A stretch of 64,000 nt of DNA from Candidatus Peribacteria bacterium (lineage in GTDB: Bacteria > Patescibacteriota > Gracilibacteria > Peribacterales > Peribacteraceae). A program made the position numbers and the translations under genes. The stretch lies in assembly GCA_023245775.1 (NCBI GenBank), contig JAHFJR010000001.1, positions 6,523 to 70,522 of the forward strand, read 5' to 3'. Positions 48,681-58,272 of this stretch are shown here, piece after piece (position 1 is the first letter of the stretch; every line of letters starts with the position of its first letter). A model generated the notes under the pieces. It was not told the DNA's origin and made no database searches. It saw nothing but the letters and a program-made list of their open reading frames with translations.

Positions 48681-49268
48681 TTATCGTAGTGTTTTCACGT
48701 TCACTCCGCAGATCGCCTGTAGATCTTCCATCGATTCAATCTCTCCGAGTTCGATCATCTTGATCAGTGCCTGTGCCGTGAGGAGGACATCAGGGAGCGC
48801 TCGGTGACGTGCTGCTGGGATTGTTAGATGGAGGCGACGTGAGACCATATCGAGATTGTGGCCAAACTCACGTGGGAAGAGTGCCCGACTCAGGAGCATG
48901 GTGCAGAGACACTCGGGCAGTTCGAGATAGCCCCAGCACATCTCTTTCTCGCAGCTGAGGAAACCCATATCGAATCTTGCATTGTGCGCAACGAGGATCG
49001 ATCCGCTCGCGAACTCGAGGAATTTCGGCAGTACTTCCTCGATCCCCGCCGCTCCGCGCACCTCTTCATCTGTGATTTTATTCACCTGCCTCGCTTCCCA
49101 CGGAATGTCACGCTCCGGATTCACGAGCTCGACGAACGTTTTGGTTTCGTCCATCGTCCCGTTTTCGATTCTGACTCCTGCAATTTCGATGATGCGATGG
49201 CCCTTCCTCGGGTCCAATCCCGTTGTTTCGACGTCGAAAACGGTGAGTGGGGGGAGGGGGGTGGGCAC
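48681..49268 (-). CDS. DnaQ-like DEDDh 3'-5' exonuclease
   Basis: FDVETTG, AHNARFD, HRALPD. Confidence 0.9.
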   Translation of the reverse strand: MPTPLPPLTVFDVETTGLDPRKGHRIIEIAGVRIENGTMDETKTFVELVNPERDIPWEARQVNKITDEEVRGAAGIEEVLPKFLEFASGSILVAHNARFDMGFLSCEKEMCWGYLELPECLCTMLLSRALFPREFGHNLDMVSRRLHLTIPAARHRALPDVLLTAQALIKMIELGEIESMEDLQAICGVNVKTLR

Positions 49269-49354
49269 CGAGGCATTGTGAATTGAAAATGTAAAATTGA
49301 AAATGTAAAATGACTGTTTCTTCGATTGAATCAAATCTTCTATGATGTTCTCCT

Positions 49355-50077
49355 ATGCAAAAGATCACCGTCGATCTCGTGCTCAGAACACTCAAGAAAC
49401 TCTATCCCAATGCGAAGTGCAGTCTCGATTGGACGACACCGCTCGAGCTCCTCGTTGCCACGATTCTCTCGGCACAGTGCACGGACAAGCGCGTGAATAT
49501 CGTCACGAAGTTCCTCTTCAAGAAGTACCGATCTCCACAGGAGTACGTTCGTGTGCCTGTCTCCGAATTGGAGCGGGATATTCACTCGTGCGGAACGTAC
49601 AAGATGAAAACAAGGGCGATCCAAGAGACGTGCAGGACGATCCTTCGTGATTTCAAGGGTGAGGTGCCGCGCACGATGCGCGAGATGCTGATACTCCGCG
49701 GTGTTGGTCGGAAAACTGCGTCGATCGTGCTGTCGACGGCCTATGGCCTCATCGAAGGAATTCCGGTTGATACGCACTGCATCCGCTTGAGTCGTCGCCT
49801 TGGACTGACGAGGCAGAAAGAGCAGGGCAAGATCGAAACAGATCTGATGAAAAAAACTCCGCGCAGAGATTGGGCAATGTTATCACATCTCCTCGTAGCA
49901 CATGGGCGCAGCGTGTGCTTTGCACGGAGTCCGAAGTGTTCGGAGTGTGTCTTCAAGAAGACGTGTCCGAGTTCCACCTCACTCCGTCCCGCCGAGCGGG
50001 CCACCTCTCTCCCTAGTCGGGAGAGAGGAATCCAAGGGAAACTTCATTTGAAGAAGAAACGGAGTTCCCCTTCTTAA
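49355..50077 (+). CDS. nth: endonuclease III
   Basis: LSAQCTD, GVGRKTA, VDTH, C-x6-C-x2-C-x5-C. Confidence 0.95.
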   Translation: MQKITVDLVLRTLKKLYPNAKCSLDWTTPLELLVATILSAQCTDKRVNIVTKFLFKKYRSPQEYVRVPVSELERDIHSCGTYKMKTRAIQETCRTILRDFKGEVPRTMREMLILRGVGRKTASIVLSTAYGLIEGIPVDTHCIRLSRRLGLTRQKEQGKIETDLMKKTPRRDWAMLSHLLVAHGRSVCFARSPKCSECVFKKTCPSSTSLRPAERATSLPSRERGIQGKLHLKKKRSSPS

Positions 50078-50193
50078 AAAAAGAAGAGTTTTCCGCTTTC
50101 TTTCTCCCGCATCAGCGGGAGAGAGTGTCCGGCACCCTTTCGCAAAAGGTGCTGGACGAGAGAGGATCAGGGAGAAGGGGTCAGGGGATGAGG
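49977..50193. mobile_element. MITE/REP-like palindromic element overlapping the nth 3' end
   Basis: Modules shared with 33438-33561 and 58089-58227. Confidence 0.7.
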
Positions 50194-50213
50194 TGCGTGC
50201 TACACTTCCCTCC

Positions 50214-50759
50214 ATGCAACGTCTACTGCTGATCTTCGCCGCTCTCGTGTGCATTCTTTTATTTGGTTGGGGCATGCACCGCCTCTTCGTGCTTCCTAGC
50301 GAAGAGCCACCGATTGCTGAAACGAGCGATGCAGACACTCCTTCTCTCTCATCATCCGCTTCATCTCTGAATCTCATCGTTCGAGTCTCGCCGCTGCTCC
50401 GCAAGCAGGGGATGCCCCCACCATCAGGACAGGTCTCTTCTTCGCCCTCCGTTCCGTATGACTTCTACACGTCTCCAGAGCAAACCCGTGGGAAGAGCGT
50501 CGTTCTCTTCTTCGTCGATGCGGAAGATCCGTTCTCTCTCTCACACGATGCACTCATCACGACGCTCTCCGCATCAGCGCAGCTGAAGATTCCGACGTAC
50601 CGCGTCGATTTTTCCACTGCAATGGGCATGAAAATCACCTATGGTGTTGTCGTGCCTGATACGTTTGTCTTCGTCGATGCGAACGGTGTTCGTCAGCAGT
50701 CTCTCATCCATCCACGTGACGATGAACTGAAGATATTTCTTACTTCTTCCCACCCTTGA
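50214..50759 (+). CDS. membrane-anchored thioredoxin-like protein lacking CxxC
   Basis: GKSVVLFF, RVDF, YGV..PDTFVFVDANG. Confidence 0.55.
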   Translation: MQRLLLIFAALVCILLFGWGMHRLFVLPSEEPPIAETSDADTPSLSSSASSLNLIVRVSPLLRKQGMPPPSGQVSSSPSVPYDFYTSPEQTRGKSVVLFFVDAEDPFSLSHDALITTLSASAQLKIPTYRVDFSTAMGMKITYGVVVPDTFVFVDANGVRQQSLIHPRDDELKIFLTSSHP

Positions 50760-50761
50760 GC

Positions 50762-52648
50762 ATGGCTCTCTACCTCACGCTCTTCCTTGCAGGTCTGCTC
50801 ACGATTCTGCTTCCGTGTATCCTCCCACTGATTCCGATCGTGCTCGGTGTCAGCATCGTAGGACGGAGTAAGTGGCGACCGCTTCTGACGGTTGCTGGCA
50901 TGGTGCTGAGTTTCGTCGGGTTCACGTTCCTGCTCCTCGTTGTTCTGAAACAGTTTGTCGAACTTGCCGATTACATCCATATTGCGACGAACTACATTCT
51001 CCTGCTGTTTGGCATCGGGTTTGCGATTCACAACCGCTGGATTGGTTTCATTGGTGCGATCCTTGGGGGATTGTTCTTCACGGCGAAGGGTGTACCTGCA
51101 GTTCTTCTCGCGATGCTGTCAGGCATTCTGCTGCTGTCCATTGGTTCAACTCTTGCAACAAGACTCCAAGAATTTGGATCAACAGTTCAGACGAAGACAC
51201 GCAGTGAATTTGGTGCGGATTCTCCTCTCACGGCGTTCGTGATTGGCCTGACACTCGGTTTGGTCTGGGTCCCCTGCGCAGGGCCGGCTCTCGGTTTTGC
51301 CCTCGCTCTCGTTCGAGAGAAGCCGGGTATCGAAGCAGCTCTCGCTCTCACGGCCTACGCTGCGGGCACGGGACTTCCGTTGCTCCTGATTGGATACGGC
51401 GGACAGGCAGTCGTTCACTCGGTCAGATCATTCACGAAGTACACGGGAATGGTGAAAATCGTTGCGGGAATTCTGCTCATCATTACTGCCGTGCTTCTTC
51501 AGTTGAATATATTTCAGGATCTGCAGGTCTGGCTTGCCTCGAAGACACGTTTTGGCTCCATCGGCACGCGCATCGAGGAGAGAATTGTCGGGAATCAGTT
51601 TGACCAGCCGACTGTATCAGCATCTTCGGCGTCTTCAGAATCTTCTGCACCTTCTTCCTCACCTTCTATACTTTCCAAACCTTCAATACCTACCTCACTT
51701 TCCACCATGCAGCTCCCCACCCTCCCGCAGATTTCAAGAGCTCCCGAATTTACCGGTCTTGGGCCTTGGCATAACTCAGAGCCTCTCACACTTGCGAGTC
51801 TGAAGGGAAAGGTCGTCCTCGTCGATTTCTGGACCTACAGCTGCATCAATTGCATTCGTACATTGCCGTACATTCAAGGGTACTGGGACAAATACAGGGA
51901 TACCGGAAAGTTTGTGATCGTTGCCGTCCACACACCGGAATTTACCTTTGAGAAGAGTGAGGCGAACGTAGCGGAGGCGATCAAGCATCACAGCCTCACG
52001 TATCCCGTCGCGCAGGACAATGACTATGGAACGTGGACGGCGTTTGCCAATCACTACTGGCCCGCGAAGTACCTGATCGATGCGCAGGGGTACATCCGGT
52101 ACACGCACTTCGGAGAGGGGAACTACGAAGAGACAGATGCTGCGATTGCGAGTTTGCTCAAAGAGGCCGGTATAGTGGCTAGTGATCAGTGGTCAGTGGC
52201 TAGTAGCGAAGCTCAGAAGAGATCGGGGGGACCGATCAGCCCTGAAACCTATGTTGGAGCACGCAGCTGGCCTGCATTTGGGAATAGCCTTGGTGATCCG
52301 GATGGAGATCAACATGCATATCAGGCTCCTGAGAAATTGGTGCTCAACAAGTATTATTTGAATGGAACATGGCAACTCTCCGATGATCAAGAATCTCAGA
52401 ACTTGCTGAGCGCAGAAGGCGAAGTGCGCATGCGCTTCGTCGGCGGGGAGATGAACCTCGTTCTTGGCTTATCAGAGGGCTCGAAGCCCGTTCAAGCAGA
52501 CATCATCGTCGATGGTAAATCGTTCAAGACCGTCACCATCGACCGCCACGACCTCTTCAACTTGTTCACAGGCGACTACGGCGAGCACGACGTTATCTTG
52601 AAACTGTATGGCAAAGGCGTTGAAGCCTTTGCGTTTACGTTTGGGTAG
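50762..52648 (+). CDS. DipZ-like CcdA-thioredoxin fusion
   Basis: PCILP and WVPCAGP (CcdA); DFWTYSCINC; DipZ C-terminal domain. Confidence 0.9.
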   Translation: MALYLTLFLAGLLTILLPCILPLIPIVLGVSIVGRSKWRPLLTVAGMVLSFVGFTFLLLVVLKQFVELADYIHIATNYILLLFGIGFAIHNRWIGFIGAILGGLFFTAKGVPAVLLAMLSGILLLSIGSTLATRLQEFGSTVQTKTRSEFGADSPLTAFVIGLTLGLVWVPCAGPALGFALALVREKPGIEAALALTAYAAGTGLPLLLIGYGGQAVVHSVRSFTKYTGMVKIVAGILLIITAVLLQLNIFQDLQVWLASKTRFGSIGTRIEERIVGNQFDQPTVSASSASSESSAPSSSPSILSKPSIPTSLSTMQLPTLPQISRAPEFTGLGPWHNSEPLTLASLKGKVVLVDFWTYSCINCIRTLPYIQGYWDKYRDTGKFVIVAVHTPEFTFEKSEANVAEAIKHHSLTYPVAQDNDYGTWTAFANHYWPAKYLIDAQGYIRYTHFGEGNYEETDAAIASLLKEAGIVASDQWSVASSEAQKRSGGPISPETYVGARSWPAFGNSLGDPDGDQHAYQAPEKLVLNKYYLNGTWQLSDDQESQNLLSAEGEVRMRFVGGEMNLVLGLSEGSKPVQADIIVDGKSFKTVTIDRHDLFNLFTGDYGEHDVILKLYGKGVEAFAFTFG

Positions 52649-52678
52649 TTCTAGGGATTTGGGAGGCCATGCTGATCA

Positions 52679-54091
52679 TCATTTCATGAGATCAGGCACG
52701 AAGTCCGGTGGATATCCGATGATGCCCATTTCCGGAAGATCGAGTCCTGCGATTTCATCCGCGCTGGAGACGCGGAGAAGCTTGAACGCGTCGAGGATCT
52801 TGAAGAAGACGTAGGTGAGGCTGCCGACGACAACGATGATCGACGCGACTTCGAGGAGTTGTGCGAAGATCTGCGTCGTGCCTCCATACAGGAGACCGAT
52901 GACGGGAGAAGCGACTCCGTTCCATCCTGCTGTATCCGGATTTCCGTTCGCGAAGATGCCGACCGCGAGCACCCCCCAGATCCCAGTACAGAAGTGCACG
53001 GGGACGGCGCCGACGGGATCATCGATCCTGCATTTCTCAAGGAGCACCGAGGCAACGCAGACCCAGACACCGGCGATGAGACCGATCAGGATCGAGGCTG
53101 AGGGAGTCACGAACGCACAGGGGGCCGTGATCGCAACGAGTCCAGCGAGCACGCCGTTCACGCACATCGCGGGATCCGGTTTCTTTGCCGCGCTACAGCA
53201 CCACATGTAGAGCATGGCGGAACATCCACCCGCCGCACCCGCAAGCAGTGTATTGACTGCGGCGAGGGTGGCCAGATTTGCGGCTGCTCCCGTGAAGCCG
53301 AGGGCGGAGCCCGGGTTGAATCCGAACCAGCCGAAGAACAGGATGATCGTGCCGAGGATTCCGAGTGAGATGCTGTGACCGGGAATGACATTCGCAGAAC
53401 CGTTCCGATTGAATTTCCCGATGCGCGGTCCGAGGACCATCGCACCGACGAGTCCAACCGTGCCCCCGATCATGTGGACGACGCCTGATCCGGCGAAATC
53501 CACCGCACCGTTACCAAGCCCCATCGTGCGTCCGAGATCCGCAAGCCAGCCACCGCCCCACACCCAGCCGCCGACGAGCGGATAGATGAACATGCTCACC
53601 CAGAGACCCATGAGTACGAATCCGATGAACTTGAGTCGTTCCGCCATCGAGCCGGTCGGGATCGTGGCTGCCGTATCCATGAAGACCATCTGGAAGAGGA
53701 AGAACGCGAGCACACCGGTATTTGCACCGAGTCCACCGAGCATGAAGCCGCTCCAGCCAAGAACGCCCGATCCGCCGATCATGATTGAATCATTGAGAAG
53801 CCCTCCCCAGTCACCGAGTGTCGTGGGTGAGAAGGCGAAGGCATCGTGTCCGGCGACTGCCGGATAGAGGACATTCACTCCGCCAAATTGCAGTGCGAAT
53901 CCGGTCAACCAGTATCCGACTGCACCGATGCAGAACACCATCATATTCATCATCATCGTGTGTGCGACGTTCTTGTTCCTCGTGAAACCGGTTTCCACAA
54001 GCGCAAAGCCCGCTTGCATGAAGAAGACGAGAAATCCGCAGAGGAGAACCCAGAAGATGTTGATCGATTGCGCGAGGGAAGCGGTGTCCAT
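52679..54091 (-). CDS. amtB: ammonium transporter
   Basis: FMQAGF, AER, DFAGSGVVH, WFGFN, DDP..VH. Confidence 0.96.
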   Translation of the reverse strand: MDTASLAQSINIFWVLLCGFLVFFMQAGFALVETGFTRNKNVAHTMMMNMMVFCIGAVGYWLTGFALQFGGVNVLYPAVAGHDAFAFSPTTLGDWGGLLNDSIMIGGSGVLGWSGFMLGGLGANTGVLAFFLFQMVFMDTAATIPTGSMAERLKFIGFVLMGLWVSMFIYPLVGGWVWGGGWLADLGRTMGLGNGAVDFAGSGVVHMIGGTVGLVGAMVLGPRIGKFNRNGSANVIPGHSISLGILGTIILFFGWFGFNPGSALGFTGAAANLATLAAVNTLLAGAAGGCSAMLYMWCCSAAKKPDPAMCVNGVLAGLVAITAPCAFVTPSASILIGLIAGVWVCVASVLLEKCRIDDPVGAVPVHFCTGIWGVLAVGIFANGNPDTAGWNGVASPVIGLLYGGTTQIFAQLLEVASIIVVVGSLTYVFFKILDAFKLLRVSSADEIAGLDLPEMGIIGYPPDFVPDLMK

Positions 54092-54192
54092 AGGGAGGAG
54101 GGAAGTGGTTAGTGATGAGTGGTTAGTAATTAGTGGGTAGTGGGAAGGAGTGGTAGAGAACTAATCACGAATCACTATCTACTACCTTCTCG

Positions 54193-55608
54193 TCATACAT
54201 CGTAATACTTATAGAACTCACTCGGGGTTGGTCGCTTGCGTTCATCGGCCACTTCGTCGCGTTTTGTGGCGATGAAATCCATCAGGTATTGCTTCGTGAA
54301 CACGCCGCCTTCCAGCAGGAACGCATGATCCTTCTCCAGCGCATCGAGGGCTTCGCTCAGGTCTTCCGGTGCGTGCGGAATGCGTGCGAGTTTCTTCGGA
54401 TCCATCTGATACAAGTTCTCGTCGGTCGGAGAACCCGGTCCGATCTTCTTCTTGATGCCATCGAGACCGGCAAGCAGCATTGCGGAGAACGCGACATACG
54501 GATTGGCTGCGGCGTCCGGTGAACGGAGTTCGACACGCTTCGCCTTGGGGTTTTCTGAGTACATTGGGATTCTGATTGCGGCCGAGCGATTTCTGGCCGA
54601 GTAGATGAAGTTCACCGGTGCCTCGAACCCCGGCACGAGACGTTTGTAGCTATTCGTCGTCGGGTTGCAGAGCGCGCAGAGAGCCCTCGCATGCTTCATG
54701 AGGCCGCCCATGTAGTACATCGCCATCTTGCTGAGTCCCGCGTACTCACTTCCGGCGAAGAGCGGTTTTCCACCTTTCCAGAGGCTCTGGTGCGTGTGCA
54801 TGCCGGACCCGTTATCGCCGAAGATGGGCTTTGGCATGAATGTTACGCTTTTTCCATGACGCTTTGCGACGTTTCTCGTGATGTATTTGTAGCGGATGAG
54901 TTTGTCCGCGCTCCGAAGCAGCGTATCGAACTTCATATCGATCTCCGCTTGGCCGCCGGTGGCTACTTCATGGTGAAATGTTTCGATCTCGATGCCTGCT
55001 TTCTCCATCTCCTTCACCATCTCGGCACGGAGATCCTGCAGCGTATCGAACGGAGAAGCCGGGAAGTAGCCCTCCTTGTGGCGGATGGTGTAGCCGAGAT
55101 TCGGGCAGCAGTCATCGCTATTCTTGCCGGAATTCCATGTTGCTTCTTCACTGTCCACGCAGTAGTGGGCCCCGCTCACGCTCGAGGCGTAGCTCACGTG
55201 ATCGAAGATGAAGAACTCCGCTTCGGGTCCGAAGTACGCCGTGTCGGCAAGCCCGCTTTTCTGCAGATACTCCATCGCATTCTTGGCGATCGTTCTAGGA
55301 CTTCGTTCATAGAATTCCTTCTTCATTGGCTCGCGCACGTCGCAGAGCATCGAGAGGGTCGGTTCAGCTGTGAACGGGTCGAGAATGGCGGTATCGGGAT
55401 CCGGAATGAGGAGCATGTCGGACTCCTGAATCTGCTGGAAACCGCGGATACTGGAGCCATCGAAGCCTCCGCCGTCCTTCAGCACATCAGGGAGCTGGTG
55501 GATGGGCTTACTGGTGTGATGCAGCGTACCTGGCACGTCGACGAAGGTGAGATCGAGGACGGTGCAATGGTGTTTCTTTGCGAGGACGAGGACGTCTTTG
55601 GCGGTCAT
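54193..55608 (-). CDS. glnA: glutamine synthetase type I
   Basis: FDGSSI, HHEVA, FMPKP..DNGSGMH, NSYKRLVPG.EAP, NRSA. Confidence 0.97.
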   Translation of the reverse strand: MTAKDVLVLAKKHHCTVLDLTFVDVPGTLHHTSKPIHQLPDVLKDGGGFDGSSIRGFQQIQESDMLLIPDPDTAILDPFTAEPTLSMLCDVREPMKKEFYERSPRTIAKNAMEYLQKSGLADTAYFGPEAEFFIFDHVSYASSVSGAHYCVDSEEATWNSGKNSDDCCPNLGYTIRHKEGYFPASPFDTLQDLRAEMVKEMEKAGIEIETFHHEVATGGQAEIDMKFDTLLRSADKLIRYKYITRNVAKRHGKSVTFMPKPIFGDNGSGMHTHQSLWKGGKPLFAGSEYAGLSKMAMYYMGGLMKHARALCALCNPTTNSYKRLVPGFEAPVNFIYSARNRSAAIRIPMYSENPKAKRVELRSPDAAANPYVAFSAMLLAGLDGIKKKIGPGSPTDENLYQMDPKKLARIPHAPEDLSEALDALEKDHAFLLEGGVFTKQYLMDFIATKRDEVADERKRPTPSEFYKYYDV

Positions 55609-55870
55609 AGGGGAGGAGGGGAGTGGCTAGTAGGTAGTGGTTAGTGATTAATTTTGTACTAATTACTTCCTACTCATCACTAACTACTTCGTTTTTTGTA
55701 CGCACTTCCTGATGCGACATCAATCGTTGTATTGAACACGAAATTAACTCTGTTTCTTTTTTAAACAACACAACTGTTCACCATTTTTTGACCATTTGAA
55801 AGCCATCTATTCATGGTCTTGTCCTTCAGAATTTCCATACGGATCTCCTGTTGTTCGAAAGTATTACAAG

Positions 55871-55898
55871 TTGACATTATGGTATTTTTCTCCACACT
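55871..55898 (+). promoter_or_regulatory. promoter of TrmB-like gene
   Basis: TTGACA-16-CACACT. Confidence 0.5.
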
Positions 55899-55955
55899 AC
55901 TCAAGATTTTTCTTCTGTTTCTTCTGCTTCCTTTCACTCCTTTGATTCCTTTTCT

Positions 55956-56768
55956 ATGGCCAAAGACATTATTCATATTCTGCAGGCGGTTGGTCTTGAT
56001 GCGAAGCAGTCGCAACTCTACGTTGCTGGATTACAGCTCGGAACGGCACCGGCGTCTGACTATGCGAAGTCCGCGGGCATCAACCGTATCACCACGTATA
56101 ACTTGCTCGAAGAGTTGGTGCATCGAGGGTACTTCACCGTCATCAAGAAGGTCCGTGCAAAGTGGTACGCGCCCGTTGCACCCGAGTTTGTGGCTCTGGA
56201 AGCCAGAAAGAACACCGAGGCACTCGAGCGTGCGCTTCCCGAACTGCGGTCACTGCAGGGTGCGAAATACAGAAAGCCACGTGTCCGCTTCTTCGAGGGA
56301 TGGGAGGGCGTGCGTCATGTGTACGAAGACACCTTGACTGCTGATAGCGAGCTTCTGAACTTTGCCAACTCCGCAGTCGTCCGAAAATTCTGGCCGCAGT
56401 ATGACCTCGAGTACGTTGAGGAGCGTGTGAAGCAGGGCATTGCTCTCCGTGGGATTTCTCCGGACGATTCCACGGGACAACGCGTGCACGGAGAAGACCG
56501 CGAGAGGCTTCGCGAAATACGTTTGGTCCCTGCACGGGATTTTGATTTTACAAACGAGATCAATATCTACGATCACAAGGTGGCGATCTGCTCGTTCGAT
56601 TCCGGTCTGAAGGGTGACAAGGACATGTTCGGCGTGATCATCGAGAGCAAGGAAGTTGCCGAGACCCAGCGGCAGATTTTTGAGATGGCGTGGCGCTATG
56701 CTGCTCTGACGACGCCGAAGAATGAGAAGAAGGGAGAAGGGACGTTCAAGCGAAGAATCATCGCTTGA
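55956..56768 (+). CDS. TrmB-family transcriptional regulator
   Basis: N-terminal wHTH (INR.T.Y..L..L), P.VRFFEG.EGV, IYDHKV. Confidence 0.85.
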   Translation: MAKDIIHILQAVGLDAKQSQLYVAGLQLGTAPASDYAKSAGINRITTYNLLEELVHRGYFTVIKKVRAKWYAPVAPEFVALEARKNTEALERALPELRSLQGAKYRKPRVRFFEGWEGVRHVYEDTLTADSELLNFANSAVVRKFWPQYDLEYVEERVKQGIALRGISPDDSTGQRVHGEDRERLREIRLVPARDFDFTNEINIYDHKVAICSFDSGLKGDKDMFGVIIESKEVAETQRQIFEMAWRYAALTTPKNEKKGEGTFKRRIIA

Positions 56769-56776
56769 TTCTTGAT

Positions 56777-57172
56777 TTAACGAAAGTCACCGTATTCGAA
56801 AAAATCTTTCTGGTGCTCCTGACCTTCTCGATAGACACCGTGTTTGATGGCGCAGGAATACACTTCGGTTCGGTTCGCGACTACCTTGCACCAAGCACCG
56901 ACGGCATTCGCATAGCCGCAATACGTACAGGCAAGTTTTTGTCCGAGGTTGAGCTTGCTCAACTTGTAGCGATCGATGATCAGATACTCTCTGAATTTTG
57001 CTTTTGGTATGGCATAAATCGAGAAGTACACTTGCTGGTAGATCCAGAGAGAGACATGAATCATAGCAATGAAGGGCAGCATGCTCCAAATGGCAATCGT
57101 TGCAATGATTTGCAGGACGAGTGAACGTGTTTTCAGAAGATGTTTTGTCACAATGAAGCGGTTGATCAGCAT
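56777..57172 (-). CDS. hypothetical membrane protein with Cys/His motifs
   Basis: TM; CTYCGYAN..YSCAIKH. Confidence 0.6.
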   Translation of the reverse strand: MLINRFIVTKHLLKTRSLVLQIIATIAIWSMLPFIAMIHVSLWIYQQVYFSIYAIPKAKFREYLIIDRYKLSKLNLGQKLACTYCGYANAVGAWCKVVANRTEVYSCAIKHGVYREGQEHQKDFFEYGDFR

Positions 57173-57233
57173 ATGCAAAGTCTAACACATCAGACTTGTT
57201 CGAAAGACGGTAGCGCTTGTAGGATCGTCTCCT

Positions 57234-58076
57234 ATGAAGCAGTACCTCGATCTCCTGCAGCACGTTCTGGATCATGGTCACAAGAAAGACGACCGGACGG
57301 GAACGGGAACGCTCTCTGTTTTTGGCTACCAGATGCGCTTTGATCTGCAGAAAGGATTTCCGCTTCTCACGACGAAGAAGCTCTCGGTCAAATCGATCGT
57401 GCATGAGCTGATCTGGTTCCTGAGGGGAGAGACGACGCTCGACTATCTGAAGGAGAGCGGTGTATCGATCTGGGACGAGTGGGCCACCAAAGAGCAGTGC
57501 GAGAGATTCGGCAGAAAAGAAGGCGATCTGGGCCCTGTGTACGGCCATCAGTGGAGGAATTTCGGTGCGACGAAGAAGTCGGATGGGACATACGAGAAGG
57601 ACGGCGTGGATCAGATCTCGGCGCTCATCGAGAGCATCAAGAACAATCCAAATAGCCGTCGATTGATCGTGAGTGGATGGAATCCCAAAGAAGCTGATCA
57701 AGTGGCTCTCCCGCCGTGTCACACGCTTTTCCAATTCTACATTGCAGACGGACGACTCAGTTGCCAGCTGTATCAGCGCAGCGCGGATATCTTCCTCGGA
57801 GTGCCATTCAACATCGCCTCGTACTCGTTGCTCACACACATGATCGCGCAGGTGACGGATCTGAAAGTGGGGGAGTTCGTTCACACGCTCGGCGATGCGC
57901 ATCTGTACCTCAATCACACCGAGCAGGCGAAGTTGCAGATCTCACGCAAGCCGAAGGCATTGCCGAAGCTGATGTTGAATCCTCAGAGGAAGTCGATTTT
58001 CGATTTCAGATTCGAGGACATCAGCTTTGAAGGATACGATCCACATCCAAGTATCAAGGCTCCGATTGCGGTGTGA
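57234..58076 (+). CDS. thyA: thymidylate synthase
   Basis: [23 protein letters not shown]. Confidence 0.98.
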   Translation: MKQYLDLLQHVLDHGHKKDDRTGTGTLSVFGYQMRFDLQKGFPLLTTKKLSVKSIVHELIWFLRGETTLDYLKESGVSIWDEWATKEQCERFGRKEGDLGPVYGHQWRNFGATKKSDGTYEKDGVDQISALIESIKNNPNSRRLIVSGWNPKEADQVALPPCHTLFQFYIADGRLSCQLYQRSADIFLGVPFNIASYSLLTHMIAQVTDLKVGEFVHTLGDAHLYLNHTEQAKLQISRKPKALPKLMLNPQRKSIFDFRFEDISFEGYDPHPSIKAPIAV

Positions 58077-58088
58077 TGATTGTTCGGT

Positions 58089-58227
58089 CCTCATCCCCTG
58101 ACCCCTCCTACCTCACTCCGTCCCGCCGAGCGGGACACCTCTCTCCCTGCCCGGGAGAGAGGAATGCTAGGAATATGTGAAACAGTGCGCCCCTCTCCCG
58201 ACGCAGGGAGAGGGGTCGGGGGTGAGG
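58089..58227. mobile_element. MITE-like element between thyA and folA
   Basis: Terminal inverted repeats CCTCATCCCCTGACCCCT / AGGGGTCGGGGGTGAGG; internal hairpins. Confidence 0.7.
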
Positions 58228-58272
58228 ACCGAAGCAGTGGAAGCATTCTTCCATCCTCTCTATTCTGTTCTC

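Noticed and set aside
48480-48689. Possible 69-aa plus-strand ORF between def and the exonuclease
   Set aside because: No motif or clear start signal; not enough support to call.
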